DNA from: a virus
Taxonomy: Duplodnaviria > Caudoviricetes
DNA length: 64,000 nt
Reading direction: 5' to 3' (one strand)
Virus record (IMG/VR): IMGVR_UViG_3300021400_001319
Span: 13,098-77,097 of that record
The position numbers were made by a program, and so were the translations under genes. Shown piece by piece: positions 28,501 to 36,457 of the stretch (its first letter is position 1; each line of letters opens with the position of its first letter). The notes beneath the pieces were generated by a model. It saw nothing but the letters and a program-made list of their open reading frames with translations. It did no database searches and was not told the origin of the DNA.

Positions 28501-29248
28501 TTACCATAGCTGGAGTCATAAGACCTTTAACAGAAGTAGTAGCATCAGGAATAGCATTGGCACTGATAACTATCCATGAAGTTCCGTTATATCGATAAGT
28601 GTAGTCAGTATCTTTTACATTTACAGTCCAACCGTCTACAGGATTGGGATATGTTGTAGCAATATCAGCATAGGTTGCCACAGCTTCTTTCCAATCTATG
28701 TTTGTCTCAAATGCAGACATAAGGTTGTCCACTTCTGTCTTGGTATAAGTTGTAGCTTGATTTGCTTTTGTATTTAAAGCGTTTGTAATTACTGCGTTCT
28801 GAACTGCATTGGTAGAAGTGGTACTCAATGCACTATCAATAGTTGCTTGAACCGCACTGATAGTTCCATCTTCTTCAACAGTTATTGTTGTTCCATCAGG
28901 TTTTACAATACCGGGGGTGGTAGTGGTGGCTATATTCGGTATCATACCTTCAAGATTTGCGATGGCATCAGCATTGGCTTCTTCAGCAGCCCTTGCCCTC
29001 GTTGCTTCTGCTGCAACGGCTTGGGCTATTGCCTGTGCTTGTGGCGTACTTACAGGCTTCGTTGCATCGCTTGTGTTATCCACATTACCAAGCCCGATTT
29101 GAGCAGCCGTAACTTCATGCGGATTAGTTTTTTCATTTACGTGAGTCAATGTCTCATCTATGATCGTATTGTTCGTATTGAAAACATTGACATCATATTT
29201 CTCAGTCACAAGCGGCAAACCGAGATTGAAGTTTTCTGTATGATTCAT
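25520..29248 (-). CDS. long tail fibre protein, 1242 aa, highly T/S/N-rich, six internal repeats
   Basis: NPHEVTAAQIGLGNVDNTSD motif; six TVNN(G/A)TLTIQKNGT..TFTANQ..ATANITVPTK repeats. Confidence 0.85.
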   Translation of the reverse strand: MNHTENFNLGLPLVTEKYDVNVFNTNNTIIDETLTHVNEKTNPHEVTAAQIGLGNVDNTSDATKPVSTPQAQAIAQAVAAEATRARAAEEANADAIANLEGMIPNIATTTTPGIVKPDGTTITVEEDGTISAVQATIDSALSTTSTNAVQNAVITNALNTKANQATTYTKTEVDNLMSAFETNIDWKEAVATYADIATTYPNPVDGWTVNVKDTDYTYRYNGTSWIVISANAIPDATTSVKGLMTPAMVTKLEGIEAGAQVNTVTGVKGDAESSYRVGDINITKSDIGLGNVPNVATNDQAPTFTQASTRTNIVSGETLSILFGKIMKFFNDLKIVAFSGSYNDLTNKPTIGNANLTIQKNGVAVKTFSANATEDVSANITVPTKTSELTNDSGFITSAALPTVNNATLTIQKNGTAVQTFTANQDTDATANITVPTKVSELTNDSGYTTNVGTVTSVATGAGLTGGTITGSGTLKAKLKSETKSTLTAADKGSTSSREYAVGLDASGNLSVNVPWENNTYTVNNGTLTIQKNGTNVQTFTANQSSNATANITVPTKVSELTNDSGYTTNTGTVTSVKVGNTAYNPTSGVVSLPAYPTNTDTHRPINVNGTQTLGNNTTALNLKNGSNVTITGSGGDVTIAATDTNTHRPIQVNGTEILGNNTTALNLKAGSNVTVTNSSGTVTIAASDSSRITSQISQVGSDAASSAGWYKVCSGSLTGYSNVSLIFAVHNTADYNAGILTFDLRCDNGTSLTVKKFGWLVRYGYTLANFIVNTSGNNWAIYQNITRSQYYRDTWTVLQESSTNGKTASYTLNNSTTKESSTPTATATSVDLATANYANSAGAVAWGNVSSKPSYYDAKAIKSITRSGTTFTYTCLDNTTGTFTQQDNNTWNAMVGATSSANGSVGYVNAVPPKDGYNTKFLRADGSWQVPSGTATVNNGTLTIQKNGTNVQTFTANQSGNATANITVPTKTSELTNDSGYITSSAVTGVKGNSESSYRTGNVNITATNIGLGNVGNFKAVSTVASQGLTDTEKSNARANIGAGTSSFSGSYNDLTNKPTIPTVNNGTLTIQKNGTNVQTFTANQSSNATANITVPTKVSELTNDSGYTTNTGTVTSVKVGTTSYSPSSGVVSLPAYPTVNNATLTIQQNGTSKATFTANSSSAATANIITDTWTSTATVSSSGTVAFSGLNDSYGYDLYCQDKLITIKSVAKSGSGTSTTLTYTVDGAATGDVCKLRILK

Positions 29249-29278
29249 GATTATCCTCCGTTGCCAATTGTCGCCTTT

Positions 29279-31060
29279 TTACAAGAGTGTCTGAAGTTGT
29301 GAGTGTGTATATCTTGAAAGAACACCATGAGTGTACTTGGACAATATTACATGAGTACCTCGCTTATCATCATGCTCATCATCATAAAGGGGATAGAACT
29401 TCATAAGTGTCCATGATGTAGTTCCACCGCTCCAATCATGCGATACATTCTTTACAATGTACTGATGGTCTACATCTTCGGAACTTGGACGATATTCCAC
29501 TTTCACATTCACATCTGCAAAAGGAGTTATCTTTGTGCTCAGTGTAATTGAGTCAGTGAGTCTGCAATTCTTCCAGTTTTCCCATATTGCTCTGTGAACA
29601 GCAAGCGCATCAGATGTAATATTTTCATATTCGCCACCTGTTTTCACATCTAGAATTTCCCCTAGTTTTTGAATAGTAAAAGGAGAATCTTTAATAATTG
29701 TGAGATTTACGCACTCGCAGTTATATTTAGCTTGAAAATAATCTTTGGAAAATACTTGATGGGTTACGCCATCCTGATCGGTCCATGTCTCAGATGAAAT
29801 AGAGCCATCGGTTAAAACATCTATTCCATGTGGAAGATAATGGCCAAGAAGATAAGCTCTGAATTCTGAATGAACACCATCTATCAATTTGCTTTTTATC
29901 TTAAAAGTGTAAATAGTATTAGGCGTAAGTGAACTTTGCTCAAGATATGTTTCTGTATACTCATCATAGATTGGCAATGCACTAAGCTTGTTTATTTTCA
30001 GCATTGGATTGCTAGGGTTAGTTTCATAGATTTGAAGCGCCACTATATCTCCGTTGTAATACTCATCATACTCCCCAACTGTGGCAGAGTAAGTACGTCC
30101 GCTGAGGTTGGTTGTCTCTGAATAAAAGTCAGCCTCAATAGCCTTTCCAAAGACTTCGCATACATTTCTTACAGTAGATAGGTCAACGGAGGTGCTTTCA
30201 GATATGATGACATCCCTGAAGAAATCATTGGTGAGAACGGTATCATCAGAATATCTACTCGGAATCATCTGACAAATGAATGTACCTTTCTCATCAAAAA
30301 ACATTTCATAATTAGGATAGAGATCTCGGAATGTCGTTAGGACGCTCCACACAGAGGATCCCACAGAAAACTCCTGATCATAAGGGAGCGCATTCCATGT
30401 ATATTCCATGGTCCCATCTTGCACAGCTACCTTTGATTGTTCTCTGTATTGTTCGTAATCTTCGTTATATTGTGGCATTCCTTTATATTCACCAATTTCA
30501 TCAACTTCATAATCTGCTACAAAAGAAAGTTGCGTGAGAGTAGTAACAACTTGGTCACGGATATAGTTATAATGAATGACTTCTCCGGTTTCCTCGTCTT
30601 CCTCATAAGCAGGATACTCAATTGTTTCAGCGCCACCTATCTGGCCATTCTTTGTTCCGTCAAGTTTAGCCACAAGGTCATTACATGAAAGTGAGATAGT
30701 ATTTGTTGTAGCGTCAAATGTAGCTGACATATTAGTAAATACAAATCTACCTTCTTCATACCATGTATACACTTGTTCTCGGGTATCTAATATGCCTATC
30801 TCAAGCTTTATAATACGATTGAGCCATATAATACCTTCCTCATTGACCACAAGTCTGTCGTTATCTATCGGGGTACATTCCAAAGAAAAAGTGCGTCTTA
30901 CATCAGATTCTGCACTTACTGTACTAGAGCCTGATATAATACCGCACTCAAGTTGATCCATAAATTCACCTGTTATTTCATGGTATATTGTTATTCTTAC
31001 CCGTAGGTCTATTATGCTTTGTTTAAGGAGTTCGACATCACTAACTGAAATAGTATACAT
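29279..31060 (-). CDS. baseplate hub/tail tip protein (DUF5048-like)
   Basis: ESDVRRTFSL...; YPNYEMFFD..GTFIC; position after TMP and Dit-like genes. Confidence 0.7.
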   Translation of the reverse strand: MYTISVSDVELLKQSIIDLRVRITIYHEITGEFMDQLECGIISGSSTVSAESDVRRTFSLECTPIDNDRLVVNEEGIIWLNRIIKLEIGILDTREQVYTWYEEGRFVFTNMSATFDATTNTISLSCNDLVAKLDGTKNGQIGGAETIEYPAYEEDEETGEVIHYNYIRDQVVTTLTQLSFVADYEVDEIGEYKGMPQYNEDYEQYREQSKVAVQDGTMEYTWNALPYDQEFSVGSSVWSVLTTFRDLYPNYEMFFDEKGTFICQMIPSRYSDDTVLTNDFFRDVIISESTSVDLSTVRNVCEVFGKAIEADFYSETTNLSGRTYSATVGEYDEYYNGDIVALQIYETNPSNPMLKINKLSALPIYDEYTETYLEQSSLTPNTIYTFKIKSKLIDGVHSEFRAYLLGHYLPHGIDVLTDGSISSETWTDQDGVTHQVFSKDYFQAKYNCECVNLTIIKDSPFTIQKLGEILDVKTGGEYENITSDALAVHRAIWENWKNCRLTDSITLSTKITPFADVNVKVEYRPSSEDVDHQYIVKNVSHDWSGGTTSWTLMKFYPLYDDEHDDKRGTHVILSKYTHGVLSRYTHSQLQTLL

Positions 31061-31071
31061 ATCATCCTCCT

Positions 31072-32007
31072 TTAATTCTCATACGACCAGAAGTTTTCGG
31101 GAACATCAATTATCCCTGCTTTATATAAATATTTTTCGGAATCAGGGTCACCTGTTTCAGTAAGGGTAAACGTAACCTTTCTGATAAAGTAAATGCCATC
31201 GGCTGTATCAGATGGTGGAGTAGTAATATAACCAAGCCATATTCTGCCATCAGGACTCTTTAGTACTTTAGTACGTCTGTTTCTTAGGAATAATTTAGCT
31301 TCTCTGTTCCATTTTGTTCGCAACGCTTCGTCATCTTCAATCAGACTACAACCATCATCATCTATAGGCATAAACTCTGCGTTTACAGTTACTTGCTCAT
31401 AATTAGCAAGAGTGTTGCTGACTATTGTTGGATAACGGTCATACATTGTTTCAATTACTGAATTGGGCACAACTGCAACATCATCAAGATTCTGGTCTGT
31501 AAGGTACGTATACCAAAGAGCAGTACTATCAGCAATAACTATTCCTTTTGACTTGATATCGAGTTTTTCAATAGAATACTCATTTTCGACGTTATCAACG
31601 ATAGCGACCACAGCATACTGATATTCATATCCTGGAACGGCAGTGAAGTCTGTTCCTTCAAGATTATATTCACTTACGTCTGTAGCAAGTTGAACGTCCT
31701 TATAGTCAATAGTCGTCCACTTATAATCATTAGATTTTTTACGTTTTATAAGCAGATACGAAACTTGCTCAATATCCCACTTGACGTTTCCAGCATATGT
31801 ATCACCATCAAATTTGGCATGCATTGCAGTGTCATAATCCCACTTATCTACAACGTCCTCACTGATTGCTTCATCCATGTTATTAGTAAGCCGTATATCA
31901 TTAAACCATGCGTTCTCAAGTTTGACATGGACAATAGGCTCTATGGTAGTAGGAGTACAGGCAACAGAATTATTTTCGCCACAAAAAAAGCTTTGCATGA
32001 ATATCAT
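31072..32007 (-). CDS. distal tail (Dit)-like protein
   Basis: RYPTIVSN..ANY...VLKSPDGRIW; SD ggagg before MIF at 32007. Confidence 0.6.
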   Translation of the reverse strand: MIFMQSFFCGENNSVACTPTTIEPIVHVKLENAWFNDIRLTNNMDEAISEDVVDKWDYDTAMHAKFDGDTYAGNVKWDIEQVSYLLIKRKKSNDYKWTTIDYKDVQLATDVSEYNLEGTDFTAVPGYEYQYAVVAIVDNVENEYSIEKLDIKSKGIVIADSTALWYTYLTDQNLDDVAVVPNSVIETMYDRYPTIVSNTLANYEQVTVNAEFMPIDDDGCSLIEDDEALRTKWNREAKLFLRNRRTKVLKSPDGRIWLGYITTPPSDTADGIYFIRKVTFTLTETGDPDSEKYLYKAGIIDVPENFWSYEN

Positions 32008-33251
32008 TCTTTCCACCTCCCAATCCATATATCAAATGGTTTATCAGCAAGTACAATAGGCTCTTCATCCATGATGAATCTGTTAACTTCATCTCTTAAT
32101 ATCTTTTCTGTAGGATCATTATCATTATCAATCCAAACATCATACATATTAGGTGATACTGGATCTAAAGTTACTTCAGGTTCATTGATACCAAAGTGCA
32201 TATCATTTTCTGTTACCAGTTCCGATGTAAATACATAGAACTGATAAATGTTATTTATTCTTTTTACATATATGGTAAATACTGTGGAAGGCTCAGGAAT
32301 GTAAGGGTCTGAATATAAGATATATGGAGTCAAACCATTTGGAACTGTGAGCTTGAACCTCATATACAAATCATCATAAACATAAGATGAGAGCGTAAAA
32401 CCATAAGATTCATCAGACACCGTTAATAATGTGTCTGTCTTATAATATTCCTTTATTCTGATACACAAGATAAAATCGCCACTAACCGAAAGCCCGGTAG
32501 AGTAGTTCAACTCTCTATCAACAAGGTTTATATAGCTATCATCATATTCATAATCGCTACCATCTTCATCAGAATTAACAATAGTGAAGTTAGTATAGTA
32601 TGTAACAAGACCATTGTTTTCATTACATTTAGCATTGATATTATTAAATTCTGCATTATCATATGCAGTGTCTACATCAATCTCAATATATCCGGTATCA
32701 AGTTCTGTTCCATATTGGGTTAGTCCTTTGGCCCGGATATAATAAACCGTATCATCCTCAAGACCGCTGTAACTATATGTCAGATAATCGGTTGAATAAA
32801 ATACTTGAGACTCTGACAACAATACTTTATTAGAGTCATAAATAAAAAACTGAAACTGAGCTAGGCTTTCCCCCTGTGTTTGTGAATAAAAAACTTCAGC
32901 ATAAAAAGAAGAAGTAGTCACAGTCTGTTTATCTACTACGTTGGAAAAATAGAAAGCAGGCTGTTCAAGGCACCAAAAATATCTTTTATCTGACACCGAA
33001 CTAGCAACGCCATACATGTCATAACATTGAACTGCTGCGGCATATTTTGTTCCATTAACACAAACATTTGCTGGAAGAGTGCAATACAGGACTCTACTTG
33101 GCGTTGTTGTGTCATATATTGGTTCAAGTGTATCTGCGTTGTATATAATTAGCCTATTCTGATAAGGAAGATCACCCGTATAGGTAAAGGTTATTTGTTT
33201 ATCTACTGTTGCGTCAAATGGGAATATGTTATTTACAACAGGCTTTGCCAT
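32004..33251 (-). CDS. baseplate protein with fibronectin-III/Ig-like segments
   Basis: MAKPV start (SD aggagg); YSGLEDDTVYYIRAKG FN3-like motif. Confidence 0.6.
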   Translation of the reverse strand: MAKPVVNNIFPFDATVDKQITFTYTGDLPYQNRLIIYNADTLEPIYDTTTPSRVLYCTLPANVCVNGTKYAAAVQCYDMYGVASSVSDKRYFWCLEQPAFYFSNVVDKQTVTTSSFYAEVFYSQTQGESLAQFQFFIYDSNKVLLSESQVFYSTDYLTYSYSGLEDDTVYYIRAKGLTQYGTELDTGYIEIDVDTAYDNAEFNNINAKCNENNGLVTYYTNFTIVNSDEDGSDYEYDDSYINLVDRELNYSTGLSVSGDFILCIRIKEYYKTDTLLTVSDESYGFTLSSYVYDDLYMRFKLTVPNGLTPYILYSDPYIPEPSTVFTIYVKRINNIYQFYVFTSELVTENDMHFGINEPEVTLDPVSPNMYDVWIDNDNDPTEKILRDEVNRFIMDEEPIVLADKPFDIWIGRWKE

Positions 33252-33264
33252 ACTTGACCTCCTT

Positions 33265-33516
33265 TCACCTAGTTCCCATAATAAAAGCATTATTCATCTT
33301 GCCGTTTGGAATATGCACCCATACCGCCATCCCATTAGACAAGCTAATGCCCGTTCCGTTTTTTAAGTAATAATATGCACCGTCAATATTGCATTTATAC
33401 GTATTGCCTTTTATCGCTTCTACGGTACTGGCAACGGTGCGGTTCACATTCTGTTTTTCAATAGCTTTCTGTACCAATATCTCTATTGATTTGAATAGTT
33501 CGTCTTGAATACTCAT
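33265..33516 (-). CDS. small baseplate spike-like protein
   Basis: 83 aa, OB-fold-like VWVHIPNG; immediately after TMP. Confidence 0.55.
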   Translation of the reverse strand: MSIQDELFKSIEILVQKAIEKQNVNRTVASTVEAIKGNTYKCNIDGAYYYLKNGTGISLSNGMAVWVHIPNGKMNNAFIMGTR

Positions 33517-33544
33517 ACTCCAGTTACCGCCTTTGTTAGAAATA

Positions 33545-33572
33545 GGCAGGTACTCAGTTAAGAATACCTGCC
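33545..33572 (-). terminator. terminator after TMP, loop CUUAACUG
   Basis: Minus strand: GGCAGGTATT-CTTAACTG-AGTACCTGCC-TATTTCT. Confidence 0.65.
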
Positions 33573-33578
33573 CTTGAA

Positions 33579-35805
33579 TTATTGTTTCATGGCACGTTGA
33601 TAAGCGTTACTTATCATGCCAGCGAATTGGTCTTGAATCATATGCATTACAGATTCTCCCGTCACGCCAGAAACAGTGAATGAAGTACCATTTATATTAA
33701 TAACAGTACTTGTATTATTTGTAGTTACATTACTTATGTTCTGTGCTATGGCCTTAATCGGTTCAAGCATTTGAGATGTATCTGCCTTTATTCCAGCCAA
33801 TGCATTGCCCATAGTCTTAAACATATTTATTTCAGCATCTGACAATGGCATTAAACCACTGCCATTAGCATAAGAGTTACCACCATGTTTACCATGTTTG
33901 ATGATGGATTTAGTTTGTTCAGCATTGAAGATAAGATCGCCTTTATGCAGACGAGTAATTTCTGGGCCATGGTCACCAACGGTACGGTATGTTCCTATCT
34001 CGGGATTATAGACAAGCTCTTGTCCAAGTTCTCCCACAAGAGCATTCTCGGATTTCTTAAGTCCTAGCTTTCCGCTTGCATAGGCATTGCCATGGACATT
34101 TCCAGTTGCCAATCCATTTACATGTACATTGCCGGTGTATTTGTGACCAAGAATTTCAGCGCCACCTGATTCATCAAACTCAGCAATCTTTGAAAGAAGT
34201 TCTACCATTTGAGCTACGCAGGCAGAAATTGCCTCAAGCAATTCATTGAACATGGGAATGATGCCATTTTCACCACGCATTGCTTCTTCGCCTACAATAG
34301 GCAAACTCTTTATAGCACTAACAAGGGTAGAACTTTCGGTGCCGCCTTCTTCTTCAGAATTTCCGATTGTCTCTATTACAGTCATAATTGAACTTGTTAA
34401 TGCGTCAAAATCGGAAATAGCAGTGCCGCCACCTTCTCCTTCTTCGCCACCACCAGCTTCACTACCAGTTCCACCACTAGAGCTTGTTCCAATATACTCA
34501 TCAGCTGCAGTTTTTACTTCTTCTATGGCGCTAATAAGACCACCTGTACCACCTGCACCCTCTGAGGTTTCAGAAGAAGTTCCTTCGGTATCCGTCATTC
34601 CACTAGCACCAATGGCAGAAGATACGGCAGTAACTGCATTTGCTAGTGCATTAAATGAACCAATTGCTCCGGTTGTTTCATCACCTAAGGATACTTGACT
34701 TAAAGCGGTAATGGCACTTTCCAAAGCACTGATTTCTCCGTCTCCAATACCAAGAGCTTCAGCACATGACTTCAATGCTTCTGCTAGATTATTGAATGCG
34801 TCAACAGTAGAAGTGAGATCAGCGTTGGTCATGCTTTGCATTGACTTATCTATACTGTCAAGTGCATCAGCATTCTCACTAACTTTAGCAAGGCTGTCAT
34901 TAAGGGTGTCTGCATTGGTTGCCGCGAAGAAGCTGTTTTCTGCAACTGCATCTAAGTTCTCGGCAGCCGTTCCTGCGTTTTCTCCTTCAGTCTTTAAAGC
35001 TTCAGCAGCAGGTACAATGCTCTCAGCAACCTTATCACCGCTTTCAGCTACCTTTTCATTAGCCTCTGCAAACTTTTCCTTTGAACTATAATACTGTTCA
35101 GCAGCTTTACCCTCAGCTTCAATTCCCTTTGCAGCTTTATCTGTTGCCTCTGCAGCATCATTTGCAGAAGTAGTAACATTACCAAGATTAGAGGCTGCAT
35201 TGCCACTATTAGTTGCAACATTACCAAGAGCAGTAGCAGTATCCTCAACTTTAGAAGAAACCTCACCAAGAGGCTCTAGTGCTTTATCTACTTCTGAAGC
35301 TTTTCCGGCAATTTCACCAAGTGCTGAATTCACGCTATCTTTTGCAGAACTTGTAGCATAAGATAAACCATCAAGGAAGTTTTGATTTCCGCTATTAGCT
35401 TCTTGTAGAATGTTAAGGTAGGCATCCCTAAATGCTTCAAACGCACCGGGAACATCGTTCAAGATATCCTCTACAGAATAGCCAAGGTCTTCGCCTGCCT
35501 CCTGGATAAGAGCATATGCATTAGCAATCTCTTTAATCTCAGCAAGCTCTTCCCATTTAGATTTCTGTTTTTCAAGAGCATCAATAATGGAATCCCAATA
35601 CTTCTCGGTATCAGAGATTAATTGGTCATAATACTTTTCAGCAGCTTCACGAGCTTTTTCAATCTCTTCTCGTTGGTCTTGTAATGTTTCGAGCTGATCT
35701 TCAAGTAGACTCTTTTGTTTTTCTAGAGCAGCAACAGCAATTTCATATTCGGCATCGTCAACTTGCTCTTTGGCTTCACGGACAGCATCTGTATCCGTAT
35801 CATAT
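33579..35805 (-). CDS. tape measure protein, exon 2
   Basis: Open from 35805: (a) TAT GAT ACG = YDTDTDAVREAKEQV..., continuing in frame into the 33579-35462 ORF; C-terminal YASGKLG...ALVGELGQEL. Confidence 0.88.
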
Positions 35806-35978
35806 CATTCTGTTACTTTTATGACCTACATAAGTAGGCGAGTAGTCATTTCTGGCTACTTCTCGCATTTCTTTTATATGGGATTATATTGCGAGTTCGG
35901 ACTGTATATTCACACTTTCGCGTGCGCACTTCAGCATACATGTTACCATGTACGCCCTGCAGTCTCTGCGGTTCCTAA

Positions 35979-36007
35979 TTGTGATTATACTTTGACTCTG
36001 ATATAAT
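35979..36007 (+). promoter_or_regulatory. sigma-A promoter for the intron-borne toxin ORF
   Basis: TTGTGA-N17-TATAAT with extended TG. Confidence 0.7.
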
Positions 36008-36136
36008 TAGACCTTAGACAACATTCGTAACATTTTATTTCGGCTAGAATAAGATGGTTAGGCGGTTGAGTCACTTCAGAACAGCGATGTTCTGTTCAGA
36101 TAGATACCCTTGCTAAGAAAGAAGGTGATATCACAA

Positions 36137-36259
36137 GTGACGTTCCATGTGTTTTTGTTATCTATAGTTGCGAGTTTAATCGCAGCTTTGATATATGACA
36201 TCATCAAAAAGATTGTCAATAAACACAAAAACGACCGCCACCGCCGTGGAAGTCGTTGA
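36137..36259 (+). CDS. putative type I toxin (40 aa, single TM and basic tail) inside the intron
   Basis: GTG start with SD gaaggtg; MTFHVFLLSIVASLIAALIYDIIKKIVNKHKNDRHRRGSR*. Confidence 0.75.
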   Translation: MTFHVFLLSIVASLIAALIYDIIKKIVNKHKNDRHRRGSR

Positions 36260-36330
36260 TGTGTTAGCATTTATCTAGCCATTCTCGCTTTTATGGCTCA
36301 ACCGTCTAATACGAATGTTGTCTTTTTTGT
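36225..36330 (-). ncRNA. putative antitoxin RNA (~100 nt) convergent with the toxin mRNA
   Basis: Promoter TTGACA(36365-60)-N17-TAAGAT(36342-37); terminator AACGAC...GTCGTT-TTTGTGTTT overlapping the toxin 3' coding end. Ends are approximate. Confidence 0.6.
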
Positions 36331-36457
36331 ATTTATATCTTAAATACAATGCTCAGTCTTGTCAATATAATCACTTTTAATTTCTGTTAGTTACCTCAGT
36401 CTCTGGTGTCCCATCACCCTTTGACTGATATAGTGTCGTTTATAGATGGCAAATTCT

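Larger units (their letters stand above)
35806..36457 (-). mobile_element. group I intron (652 nt) in the tape measure gene, no homing endonuclease
   Basis: P1 GATGGT/GCCATC with U.G at the 5' splice site; P3 CGACACT/AGTGCG; P4 TCAGTC/GACTGA; P5 GGTG/CACC; R CGCAGAGACTG and S ATATACAGTCC (P7 GACTG/CAGTC); P8 CACGC-GAAA-GTGTG; ends GTAACAGAATG (omega-G); splicing restores the frame MV|YDT. Confidence 0.92.

Noticed and set aside
25520-29248. Repeats as a CRISPR array
   Set aside because: They are in-frame protein repeats with irregular spacing; no cas genes.
36076-36270. 64-aa minus-strand ORF inside the intron as a homing endonuclease remnant
   Set aside because: No LAGLIDADG, GIY-YIG or HNH motif; it is the antisense shadow of the toxin ORF.
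36391-36457. C-terminal tail VEFAIYKRHYISQRVMGHQRLR of the 3292-aa ORF
   Set aside because: This is translated intron sequence, not TMP.
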